This document shows, piece after piece, positions 1-9,323 of a stretch of DNA of 64,000 nt. The first letter of the stretch is position 1; the number at the start of each line of letters is the position of its first letter. A program made the translations under genes and the position numbers. The notes beneath the pieces were generated by a model. The model did not search any database. It was given only the letters and a program-made list of their open reading frames with translations, and had not been told where the DNA came from. The DNA comes from Actinomycetota bacterium (GTDB taxonomy: Bacteria; Actinomycetota; Geothermincolia; Geothermincolales; RBG-13-55-18): contig JACIXB010000016.1 of assembly GCA_014360685.1 (NCBI GenBank), forward strand, positions 253,586-317,585, written 5' to 3'.

Positions 1-1425
1 GAGACCAAACCCCACCCCTTATGGCAGGTGCGCTACGCCGCCATACGCAACAAGGCCCTGCTGGTGCCGGAATACGGCGCCATGTACGTGGCCGCCTTCC
101 TCAAGGGACAGGGTTGGGATCTGCGGGTCCTCAACCTGGTGGCCGACGTCTTCCGGGAGGAATCCTGGTTCCGGGAACGGGAGGACGGGCTTCCGGACGA
201 GGCCCTCTCCACGGCCCCCGTGGGCGGAGAAGAGGCCCTGGCGCTCATGAGGAAAAACCTGGAAGATTCCCTGCGGGACCTCCAGCCCCGGGTGGTCCTC
301 TTTCCCATCTCCATCTACTACATCGCCCGGCACGCCCGGGAGATGTTGCGGCGCATAAGGGAGATGCTGCCGGACTCCAGGCTGGTGACCGGCGGCATCT
401 ACGCCACCATGCATCCCCGGGAGATCATGGAGGACGGGGCCGCCGATTTCGTGGTGCGCGGCGAGGGGGAGTGGACCGCCCTGGAGCTCCTGGAGAGCCT
501 GCGGCGCGGGGAGAGGGATTTCTCGCACATCGACGGACTCACCTGGAGGGACACGGGCGGCAACGTCATCCACAACCGGGAGCGGCGGAGGGAGAAGGAC
601 CTGGACCGGTTTCCCCACATCTACACCGTGGCCGAGGAGTTCCGCATCGCCGACCGCCACCGGCTGCTGAAGCGCCTGAACCCCTTAGACGACTACATCC
701 CCGGGGCCGGGTTCCTCACCTCGCGGGGGTGCCCGGAGGAGTGCACCTTCTGCCTGGACCCCGCGTTGTGGAAGAGAAAGACGCGTTTCCATTCCCCCGC
801 TTACGTCAGGGAGGTGCTCGATTTCTGCTGGGAACGTTTCACCGAGGGGGATCGGTCTTTCTACTTCGGGGACGCCACCTTCGCCCTCAACCGCCCGCGT
901 TTATGGAAATTACTGGAAACCGTTCGACGGGTTCCCTATGCCTACCACATCCAGACCCGCGCCGATTCCCTGACCCCGGAAGTCCTGCGGGGGCTCAGGG
1001 AGAGCAACTTCCGCACCGTGGCCCTGGGGGCTGAATCCTTCGACGACCGCGTCCTGCGCGAGGTGGTGAAAAAGCGCACCACCAGGGAGGAGATACTCAG
1101 CGCCGCCCGCGCCGCACGCGACCACGGCCTTTCTCCCATCCTCACCTTCATCGCCGGGCTTCCGGGCGAGACGCGGGAAAGCATGGAACGCACCGTGGAC
1201 ATCCTGCGCCGGGAGGGTATCCGCGAGGCCACCTTCTTCCCCCTGGTGGTCTTCCGGGGAACCGCGCTCTACGAGCTTTTCGTGCGCACCTTCCCCGATG
1301 AGGAGAGGGAAGCCATGCGCCTCAACCCCTGGTCGGAGGAGTTCTGCTTCGCCAGCGAGGAGTTCCCCACCATGCAGGAGCTCATCGACTTCACGGAAAA
1401 GCTGAACCAGGCCATCCGCGCTTGA
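1..1425 (+). CDS. B12-binding-domain radical SAM protein (probably 5'-truncated by the window edge)
   Basis: Frame is open from base 1. B12-binding-like segment (LVTGGIYAT...FVVRGEGE), CxxxCxxC motif (SRGCPEECTFC), GAES and FIAGLPGET motifs. Confidence 0.85.
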   Translation, partial: ETKPHPLWQVRYAAIRNKALLVPEYGAMYVAAFLKGQGWDLRVLNLVADVFREESWFREREDGLPDEALSTAPVGGEEALALMRKNLEDSLRDLQPRVVLFPISIYYIARHAREMLRRIREMLPDSRLVTGGIYATMHPREIMEDGAADFVVRGEGEWTALELLESLRRGERDFSHIDGLTWRDTGGNVIHNRERRREKDLDRFPHIYTVAEEFRIADRHRLLKRLNPLDDYIPGAGFLTSRGCPEECTFCLDPALWKRKTRFHSPAYVREVLDFCWERFTEGDRSFYFGDATFALNRPRLWKLLETVRRVPYAYHIQTRADSLTPEVLRGLRESNFRTVALGAESFDDRVLREVVKKRTTREEILSAARAARDHGLSPILTFIAGLPGETRESMERTVDILRREGIREATFFPLVVFRGTALYELFVRTFPDEEREAMRLNPWSEEFCFASEEFPTMQELIDFTEKLNQAIRA

Positions 1426-1879
1426 ACGCCGGCCGGCGGGCCGGGTTATCTCCCCCCTCGGTCCACGCGAAAAGGGTTTCTTCTTGCGGCGTGCATCCGA
1501 AGTACATTATCTACCAAGGGGCTTTCCTCCTCGGGAACCTGTCCGGGAAAGAGGACGGCAACACCGTTCCGCCCGCGGGCGAACCCGCCGGGATTTGAAC
1601 GTGCGGGAAGCGCGTAACTCGCCCTTCCCCCGCGACGCAGACCTTTCCGCATTGCGACCCCGTCTTTCAGCGGGTAGGTCGGAAAGGGGGGCTCGAGGCG
1701 CCGACCGGACCCCGGCAAGGTTTCCCCTCCTGCATCGCTGAAGATTTGCCGCCCGTGCCGGGGCGGATTATCATGGGAATGGAGGCCGCATCCGGCCGGG
1801 GAGCTTGGAAACTCTTGACGGCGCGTGGGCCGGGCGCTGCGGTTCGCGGATCCGTGATCGAGTTTGGACTGGAGGCGGG

Positions 1880-2953
1880 ATGATCGCCAAGGAGCTGAGG
1901 ACCTTCGCCCGCACAAGGGTACTTCCCAGCGTGGAGAGGAGATCGGGTCGAGCGCTGGACAGGAAGATATGGAAAAAATTGGCCGACATTGGCATACTCG
2001 GGGCCCCCATCGAGCGCCGCTACGGGGGCGAGGGATGGGGGGTGGAGGAGTTCGTGGAGGGAGTGGCCATCCTGGCCTCCGAGGGGTACGACCTCGGCCT
2101 GGCCCTCAGCGTTCTGGACCACGTGATGTTGTGCTCCTACCCCTTGCAGGTTTTCGCCTCGGAAGACCTCAAAAAGCGTTACCTCCCCCTTTTGTGCCGG
2201 GGTGAGCTGGTGGGCGCCGCGGCGGTCTCCGAGCCGGGATCGGATGCCGACCCCTCGCGAATGCGGGCCAGGGCGGAACGCCGGGAAGGAGGATACGTCA
2301 TCAGCGGAGAGAAAGGCCCGGTGACCAACGCTCCCTCGGCGGGCGCCTTCCTGGTCGTCGCCTCCACTGACCCTGCGGCGGGGAAAAAGGGCCTTTCCGC
2401 GTTCCTGGTGGAGAAAAGCGACGGGGTGAAGGTGGAGGAGATGGAGCTGGGATTTATTGCCACCTCCCCCCACGGCAGGGTCATCCTGGACGGGGTATGG
2501 GTTCCCGGGGAGCGGCTGGTGGGCGAGGAGGGACAGGGGCACGAACGTGTATCCAGGTCCCTCTTCCTCTGGGAGAGGACGGCCGCCATCCCGGTGATCG
2601 TGGCCTACCTCGAACGCTGGCACCACATGCTGGTGTCCCCGCTGGACCCCGCTGCCGTTCCGCCCGACGTGCGTGCCGCGTTGGCCCAGAGGAAGGTGGA
2701 GCTCACCGCCTACCGGGTCCTCGGAAGGCGCCTCCTGGAGCTCACCTTCGGCGAAGAGGAGAACGGCAGAGAGCGCCTGGAATTGCTGCTCTTCTTCGGG
2801 AAGGAGCTCCCCGAATGGGTGGAGTCCACGCGCCTTCTGTTGGAGGAAGCCCGCATCTCCCTGGAAGGCGACGCCGCCCGTATGCTCGAAGACCTGCGCC
2901 TGCTGGAAGTGGGCAAGTCCCTTCTTGATTGGCGGTTGCAGAACCTCATCTAG
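1880..2953 (+). CDS. acyl-CoA dehydrogenase family protein with divergent C-terminus
   Basis: ACAD motifs (QVFASEDLKKRYLP, AAVSEPGSDAD, ISGEKGPVTNAP, GLSAFLVE). GGAGG RBS at 1871-1875 before ATG 1880. Confidence 0.8.
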   Translation: MIAKELRTFARTRVLPSVERRSGRALDRKIWKKLADIGILGAPIERRYGGEGWGVEEFVEGVAILASEGYDLGLALSVLDHVMLCSYPLQVFASEDLKKRYLPLLCRGELVGAAAVSEPGSDADPSRMRARAERREGGYVISGEKGPVTNAPSAGAFLVVASTDPAAGKKGLSAFLVEKSDGVKVEEMELGFIATSPHGRVILDGVWVPGERLVGEEGQGHERVSRSLFLWERTAAIPVIVAYLERWHHMLVSPLDPAAVPPDVRAALAQRKVELTAYRVLGRRLLELTFGEEENGRERLELLLFFGKELPEWVESTRLLLEEARISLEGDAARMLEDLRLLEVGKSLLDWRLQNLI

Positions 2954-3144
2954 ACGGCACCCCGGTCCTCACCCGCTCGCGGGGCTTCGGGCGGGAAGAG
3001 GCGCCCGAACCCCGGCCCCGACCTTAATGCGGGTCAATGCGCCCGCGGGGTGGTGTACTATGATAAAAGTTGGAGGCGGGAATCGGCGGGTGGAGGTGCC
3101 CGGCGCCTTCAGGCGTCGTTGAGCCGAGCCGGGAGGTGAGCAAG

Positions 3145-5544
3145 GTGAGGGAGAGCGAGGTGGTGACCCCGGACCGCATCTGGCGGCCCTCGGACAATCT
3201 TTCCCCGCGGGTGAGAAGACTGCGGGAGGAATATTATTCCATCGAGAAACGACCCTATTTCCGCAACGAGGTATTGCCCTTCACCACGGGGAAGGAGTGG
3301 GACGAGGTGTGGTCCCCGGTGAACTGGGGCATCATCCCTGAAATGGTGCCCTTCATGGGGGACTTCGCGGAATCCCTTAAGGTCCTGGCCCGCAGGGTGG
3401 ACCTCCCGGAGGGGTTCTGGGACAAGCCCTTAATACTCCGCCGGGCCCTTTTCTTCCGCGAGGTCTGCCGCCGCCACCTTCCGGTGAACATCCTGGATGG
3501 CGAGCTCGTGGTGGGGGGACAATTTAACACCGCCCTCTCCAAGTGCCACAACCGCAGGGAGGCCAGGCGCTGGAGGAAGGCCGTGGACCGGTGGTGGAAG
3601 CGGTGCGCGGAGATAAACGAGCTGGGCATCGGCAATACCGGCGCCGTCCCCGGCCACCTCATCCCCGACTACCCGCGGGTGCTGCGCGAGGGCTTGCGCG
3701 GGATATGCGAGGACCTCTCCCGACGCAGGGAGGCCTCCGGCGACCCCGCCTACCGGGATTTCCTGGAGGCGCTGATCGTAGCCTGTGAGGGAGCGCGGGA
3801 CCTGGCCCGGCGCTACGCGGAGGAGGCGGAGCGCCTGGCCGGAGAGGAGGGAGATCCGGTCCGGGCGGCGGAGCTGCGGGAGATAGCCCGCATCTGCCGC
3901 AAGGTCCCCTGGGAGCCGGCGGAGACCTTCCACGAGGCGGTGCAGTCCATTTGGTTCGCTCACATGCTGGTCATGGCCGCGGAATCCTACCCGGGGGCCG
4001 GTCTCTCCCACGGGCGCTTCGACCAGTACATGTACCCCTATTACAGGAAAGACCTGGAAGAGGGGCGGCTCACCAGGGAGCGAGCCAAGGAGATCCTGCA
4101 GTGCTACTGGGTAAAGCACAACTACGCCTACGACTTCCAGTGCCGGGTGCTCAGCAACCAGGGCATCAACTCCGGCTTCGGGCAGCTCATGACCTTGGGG
4201 GGCATCGACGCCCGGGGTGACGACGCCTCCAACGAGCTCACCTGGCTGATCCTGGAAGTGATCGAGGAGATGAACATGCTGGAGCCCAAGCCCAATATAC
4301 GACTGCACGCCAAGACCCCCGAGGCCCTCCTGCGGCGGGTGGCGGAGATGATCGCCCGGGCCCAAGGCTCCCCCTTCCTCATGAACTTCGACGAGAACTC
4401 CATGCGCGGCCTGGAGTGGCAGGGCCTGCCGAAGGAGCGTCTTTGGGATTATGCTCCCGTGGGCTGCCTGGAGAACACCCTGCAGGGTGACGACCGCTCG
4501 GGGACCGTGGACGTCAACGTCAACCTGGCCAAGGCGGTGGAGATGGTCTTCTTCCGCGGACGGGACGCGGCCACCGGGAAGCGCATCGGCCCGGACACCG
4601 GTCCCGTGGAAAAGTTTTCCACCTGGGAGGAGTTCCGCCGCGCCTTCGAGGTCCAACTCCAGGCCCTCCTGGACTACGTCCTGGACATCAGCGACGAGGC
4701 GGACCGTATCCGGGCGGAGTATGAGCCCACCCCCTACCTCTCCGCCCTGGTCGGGGGGTGCGCGGAGAAGGGAAGGGACATCACCCAGGGAGGGGCGCGC
4801 CATAACTACATCACCGTGGAGGGGGTGGCCTTCGCCACCACCGCCGATTCCCTAGCCGCGGTGAAGAAGCTGGTCTTCGAGGAGCGCAAGGTGGGTATCG
4901 GGGAGCTGAAGAGGGCCCTGGAGGACGACTTCGAGGGAAACGAGGCCCTGCGCCAGACCCTCCTGAACAAGGCCCCCAAGTACGGGAACGACGACGACTA
5001 CGCCGATGAGGTGGCCCGCTGGCTCTCCCGCACCTGGACGGAGGCGGTCTTCAGGCGCACCTCCCCGGCCACCGGGAGAAGGTACCGCGGGGGTTACCTC
5101 TCCTGGAACTACTGGATATCCTTCGCTCCCTCCACCGCCGCCACCCCCGACGGGAGGAAGCGGGGAACCTACCTCTCCAACGCCATCGGGCCGGTGGACG
5201 GGGCGGACCGCAACGGGCCCACGGCGGTGACCCTCTCCGTGGGCAAGCTGGGGCTGGAGACGGCTCCCAACGGGGCTTCCCACACCATCAGCTTCAGCCC
5301 CTCCCTGCTGCGGGACGCCGAACACATCGAGAAGCTCATGGCCTTCCTCCGCGCCTACGGGGAGAAGGGGGGGACGGCCCTGCAGGTCAACGTCATCGAC
5401 CCGGACACCCTGCGCGAGGCGCAGCGCCGTCCCGAGGAGTACCGTAACCTGCTGGTGAGGGTCACCGGCTACAACGCCTACTTCGTCATGCTGGGGAAGG
5501 AGATACAGGATGAGATCATCGCCCGGGAATCCCACCGCCTCTGA
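3145..5544 (+). CDS. glycyl radical enzyme (PFL-like family), substrate unknown
   Basis: GRFDQYMYPYY, Cys-loop GCLE and Gly-loop LLVRVTGY. Start uncertain (3070/3136/3145); GGAGG at 3132-3136 favours GTG 3145. Confidence 0.92.
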   Translation: MRESEVVTPDRIWRPSDNLSPRVRRLREEYYSIEKRPYFRNEVLPFTTGKEWDEVWSPVNWGIIPEMVPFMGDFAESLKVLARRVDLPEGFWDKPLILRRALFFREVCRRHLPVNILDGELVVGGQFNTALSKCHNRREARRWRKAVDRWWKRCAEINELGIGNTGAVPGHLIPDYPRVLREGLRGICEDLSRRREASGDPAYRDFLEALIVACEGARDLARRYAEEAERLAGEEGDPVRAAELREIARICRKVPWEPAETFHEAVQSIWFAHMLVMAAESYPGAGLSHGRFDQYMYPYYRKDLEEGRLTRERAKEILQCYWVKHNYAYDFQCRVLSNQGINSGFGQLMTLGGIDARGDDASNELTWLILEVIEEMNMLEPKPNIRLHAKTPEALLRRVAEMIARAQGSPFLMNFDENSMRGLEWQGLPKERLWDYAPVGCLENTLQGDDRSGTVDVNVNLAKAVEMVFFRGRDAATGKRIGPDTGPVEKFSTWEEFRRAFEVQLQALLDYVLDISDEADRIRAEYEPTPYLSALVGGCAEKGRDITQGGARHNYITVEGVAFATTADSLAAVKKLVFEERKVGIGELKRALEDDFEGNEALRQTLLNKAPKYGNDDDYADEVARWLSRTWTEAVFRRTSPATGRRYRGGYLSWNYWISFAPSTAATPDGRKRGTYLSNAIGPVDGADRNGPTAVTLSVGKLGLETAPNGASHTISFSPSLLRDAEHIEKLMAFLRAYGEKGGTALQVNVIDPDTLREAQRRPEEYRNLLVRVTGYNAYFVMLGKEIQDEIIARESHRL

Positions 5545-6490
5545 GCCCGCCGGGATCACCGGCGTGGTCTTCAACGTGCAGCGCTATTCCACGGAGGACG
5601 GACCGGGCATCCGCACCACCGTCTTCCTCAAGGGATGCCCCATGCGCTGCCCCTGGTGCCACAACCCGGAGGGCCTGGACCGGCGGCCCCAGCTGGTGTG
5701 GTACGAGGTGCGCTGCATCGGCGCCCGCGACTGCCTGAAAGCCTGTCCCCACGGGGCCCTGACCCTCACCCCGGAGGGCATGGTCATCGACCGGGAGAGA
5801 TGCGACGCCTGCGGCCGGTGCGAGGAGGCCTGCCCGGCCGCCGCCCTGGAGGTCATCGGTAAGGTGAGGACGGTGGAAGAGGTGGCCGCCGAGGTCCTGC
5901 GGGACCGCGTCTTCTACGAGAAATCGGGAGGAGGGGTGACCCTTTCCGGGGGCGAGCCCTCCCTGCAGGTGGAGTTCTCCCGGGCCTTGATGGAGAAGCT
6001 CAAGACGGAGGGCATCCACCTGGCCCTGGACACCTGCGGGGGAGTGGCCTGGGACAGGCTGAAGCCCCTGGTGGGCCTGGCCGACCTGGTCCTCTACGAC
6101 CTCAAGGTGATGCACCCGGAAGTCCATCGGGAATGGACCGGCGTTCCCCTGGACCTGGTCCTGGAAAACGCCCGCCGCATCGCGGCGGAGGGCAAGCCCA
6201 TGTGGGTGCGCACCCCGGTCATCCCCGGCTACACGGACGGCGAGGAGAACATCCGGCTCATCGCCCGCTTCATCCGGGAGGAGCTTCCCACCGTGGAGAG
6301 GTACGACCTTCTAGCCTTCAACAACACCTGCGACGCCAAATACCGCCGGCTGGACCTCATCTTTCCCCTGGCCGGGCGGGGACTCATCGCCGAGGAGAAG
6401 ATGGAGAGGCTGGCGGAGGTGGCCGGGGAGGAGGGGCTTACCGTGGCCCGTTGGTCGGGGGCCACGGCGCGGAACGGAGGAACCAAGTAG
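5510..6490 (+). CDS. glycyl-radical enzyme activating enzyme with ferredoxin insert
   Basis: DGPGIRTTVFLKGCPMRCPWCHNPEG, GGVTLSGGEP and a ferredoxin-like insert. Overlaps the 3' end of the GRE gene. Confidence 0.93.
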   Translation: MRSSPGNPTASEPAGITGVVFNVQRYSTEDGPGIRTTVFLKGCPMRCPWCHNPEGLDRRPQLVWYEVRCIGARDCLKACPHGALTLTPEGMVIDRERCDACGRCEEACPAAALEVIGKVRTVEEVAAEVLRDRVFYEKSGGGVTLSGGEPSLQVEFSRALMEKLKTEGIHLALDTCGGVAWDRLKPLVGLADLVLYDLKVMHPEVHREWTGVPLDLVLENARRIAAEGKPMWVRTPVIPGYTDGEENIRLIARFIREELPTVERYDLLAFNNTCDAKYRRLDLIFPLAGRGLIAEEKMERLAEVAGEEGLTVARWSGATARNGGTK

Positions 6491-6620
6491 GGTGGGCCGA
6501 GGCTTGAATCGTCGTCCGGCGGGGTTTCCGCTACCGAGGAAGCCATCCCTCTGGACCTTCGGGATGGGGAGACGGTGACCGTTCGGGAGGCGCAAGGGAG
6601 AAGGAAAGGGGTGGGCCGAG

Positions 6621-7424
6621 ATGGAGCTCTCGCCCGAGGCGCGCGAACTTTTCGCCGAGGAGATGGCGGCCAAGTTCCTGGCCACCGTGGACCCGGAGGG
6701 ACGTCCCAACGTGGCCCTCATCGTCACCCTGCAACCCCCTCCGGACGGGCGCAAGGACCGCCTCATCTTCGGGGAATTCCTCATGTGGAGGAGCAAGGAA
6801 TACCTGGCGAACAACCCCCGGGTGGGCATGGCCTGCGTGGACACCAAGCTTAAAATGGTCACCCTCACCGGGGATTTCCGGGGGTTCGAGCGCACCGGTC
6901 CCTACAAGGAGGCCATCGATTCCTCGCCCCTCATGCGCTACAACGCCTATTCCGGAGTGAGGTCGGCGGGGGTCATCGACGTGCGGGAACAGGACCCGGT
7001 GCGCCGGGCTTCCTTCCTTTCCATACCCCTGGACCTGGTCCGCTTGATGGCGGCCCGCCGGGACGGGCTGCCGGGGGGCGTGGAGATGCCCCGGCTGGTG
7101 AGGGAGAAGTTCACCATGCTCACCTCCATCAAGGCCCTGGCGGTGGTGGGGGAGGACGGGTATCCCCGGGCGATACCGGTGCTCCCGGTGGTGGAGAAGG
7201 GGAGCGGGCTCCTGCTCTTCAGGGCGGCGGCCTACAACCGGGAGCTCGCGGAGGTGCGCACCCCCTGTCCGGCGGCCATGGCCCTGGTGACCATGGATGC
7301 CAAGTCCTACAAGGTGAAAGGGGAGCTACTGTCTGCGGGGAGGGGCCGCTATGCCCTCCGCGTGGAGGAGGTATATAACGCCATGCCGCCCCGCGTGGGG
7401 GAGCGGATCGTCCCTCCCGAGTAG
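6621..7424 (+). CDS. pyridoxamine 5'-phosphate oxidase-like (tandem flavin split-barrel) protein
   Basis: Two related halves: KFLATVDPEGRPNV...LANNPRV and KALAVVGEDGYPRAIPV...SYKVKGE. Confidence 0.7.
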   Translation: MELSPEARELFAEEMAAKFLATVDPEGRPNVALIVTLQPPPDGRKDRLIFGEFLMWRSKEYLANNPRVGMACVDTKLKMVTLTGDFRGFERTGPYKEAIDSSPLMRYNAYSGVRSAGVIDVREQDPVRRASFLSIPLDLVRLMAARRDGLPGGVEMPRLVREKFTMLTSIKALAVVGEDGYPRAIPVLPVVEKGSGLLLFRAAAYNRELAEVRTPCPAAMALVTMDAKSYKVKGELLSAGRGRYALRVEEVYNAMPPRVGERIVPPE

Positions 7425-7703
7425 GGGCCTTCCTGCGGGGAAAACGGAATTAAGCGTTCCGGCTCACCGAGACCTTCGACCCTTCCGGCGGTTAAAACCG
7501 GATAAACGTCCCCCCGGCCTAGGCCCTCGCCGCGGCCGAACCCCGGCTCGCGGGAGAAGGCCCTCCACGGCGTTTACTTCTCCCGAGCGATTCCGGAATA
7601 CCTTCCCGCCCGCCTTCCGGGAGCCTTCCCGGGCGAGAGGGGTGGGTGCAGGAGGGATCGTGCCCCACCCCGGCGAGCGGTCCCCGGGGATGTCGCGCCG
7701 TGT

Positions 7704-8810
7704 TCAGTAGACGCCCAGGCGGGCGAAGCCGGGGAGGTTGAAGGGAGCGCGGAAGCGGCTGAAGTACAGGGCGGCGAGCTTCTTCATCCTCGAGGGGCCC
7801 ACCAGGCTCATCTGCCATTCCAGCCAGTTGACGTGGGGCCGGATGCGATACCAGACCCGGTTTTTAAAAATGTACCCGCGCCGGTAGCCGCGGTTGAAAC
7901 GGTCGAACTCCTCCAAGGCCCTGGAACGGTCGTAGACGGCCATGGCCGCCACCTTGCCGGTTACCAGGGCTCCCAGGATGCCGAACCAGAAGAAGGGGTC
8001 CATGGCCCCGCTCATGGTCCCGCACAGGATGAGCCCGTGGTGGAAAAGCCGGGGGTTGTCCGGGCTGGCCACGGGCACCGCCCCGGAGACGTAGGTCCAG
8101 TTATCGTGTTCCACCCCCTCGTGGCGGACCATGAAATCCCGGTACTTGTTCAGGGCCTTGCGGTCGATGTGCCGGTTGGAGAAGAGGAGGTCGAAGTAGT
8201 AGTTGTTGCAGGAACTGAGGTAACCGTATTCCGAGATCACCTCGTCCACCCAGATCCAGGAGAGGTTACTGAAGCCGATCTCCCCGCGGGAGATCCAACC
8301 GTACCAGCGCAGGTAGGGGATGCCCAGCATCTCGTAGACGCTGGGAGTGAGCCCGCAGGCTATGATGGTGTTCTCGGGGAGCCTGGAAAGGTCTTCCTTT
8401 CGGAGGGGGGAGTTGAAGCGGAACTCCACCCCCAGCTTGCGGGCCTCGGCGAATAGAAGGGTATCCAGGCTTGTGGGCCGGTTGCCCCTCTCCACGGTGT
8501 ACATATCCAGGACCTCCAGGGGCGGGTGGAATACCGCCTCGTGGAAGTAGAAGGGGCAGCGCCTCAGGGGATGGAACACCGGCGAGAGGTCGATCCCTAT
8601 GTATTCCGAGGTTCGTTCCACGTCTATGGAGGTGGTATGGGTGGAGGGATTGTACACGCTGTCCCCGCCGTAGCCCGCCTCGCGATCGTGGACCGTCACC
8701 CGGTACCCGTGCCGCGCCAGGTCGATGGCGGCCACCAGTCCGGACATGCCGGCGCCGTAGATGGTGACTTCGGATGCCGCGGTCAAATCTCGACCCCCCT
8801 TTCCTTCCAC
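7704..8810 (-). CDS. NAD(P)/FAD-dependent oxidoreductase (geranylgeranyl-reductase-like)
   Basis: N-terminal dinucleotide motif IYGAGMSGLVAA and C-terminal CGTMSGAMDPFFWFGILGA. Start may be TTG at 8786. Confidence 0.7.
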   Translation of the reverse strand: MEGKGGRDLTAASEVTIYGAGMSGLVAAIDLARHGYRVTVHDREAGYGGDSVYNPSTHTTSIDVERTSEYIGIDLSPVFHPLRRCPFYFHEAVFHPPLEVLDMYTVERGNRPTSLDTLLFAEARKLGVEFRFNSPLRKEDLSRLPENTIIACGLTPSVYEMLGIPYLRWYGWISRGEIGFSNLSWIWVDEVISEYGYLSSCNNYYFDLLFSNRHIDRKALNKYRDFMVRHEGVEHDNWTYVSGAVPVASPDNPRLFHHGLILCGTMSGAMDPFFWFGILGALVTGKVAAMAVYDRSRALEEFDRFNRGYRRGYIFKNRVWYRIRPHVNWLEWQMSLVGPSRMKKLAALYFSRFRAPFNLPGFARLGVY

Positions 8811-9323
8811 CCTCCCGAACGGACACGCCGGGATTATCTTATCATCGAACGGACGATCGTGCCGCGATTATATGGGAATCGGGAGGGGGGACAGGGGACG
8901 AGGGGGCCGGCGTCGGGGTTTGAATGGCCCCTTGCCCGGACACCTTACCGGGAGAATTGGTCGGCGGGCAAGTCATGAGGAAGGCATGCGGGAGAGGCCG
9001 CTGCGTGGCGCGTTCAAGCACCATAAGGCGGCGAGCTCGTCTCTTTTGCGGCGTGAAGACATGGGACGAATCCACAGTTACCGCGGGGAGGAGGGGTTAC
9101 ACCTGGCGTGCAGGATCCCTCGGGGGAGGTGCAAGGCGGATCTTCCCCGCGGGTGGGAAGGTGGTGGGCGATGGCGAATCGCGGCCTTCCGGAAGGGGAC
9201 GGGGAGGACATGGAGCACCGCCTTCCCGGCGCAAATGGGTGCTTCGGGCCCACCGGGGATCTCCCGGCCCGGAAGCGTTGAGGCTCAACCCGCCCCCGGG
9301 GGTTGGCGGTTATAATGGTCCTC

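Noticed and set aside
1660..1746. Possible SAM-I riboswitch upstream of the ACAD gene (CCCGGCAA...TCCTGCA...CTGAAGAT; stems TTCAGCG/CGCTGAA and GGTCGG/CCGACC)
   Set aside because: It lacks the AUC-AGAG 5' core and the kink-turn/pseudoknot elements, and such stems are expected by chance at this GC content. An Rfam scan would settle it.
3145..5544. Calling the GRE pyruvate formate-lyase (pflB)
   Set aside because: It has a single-Cys GCLE loop rather than the adjacent CC pair, and its activase has the ferredoxin insert that PflA lacks.
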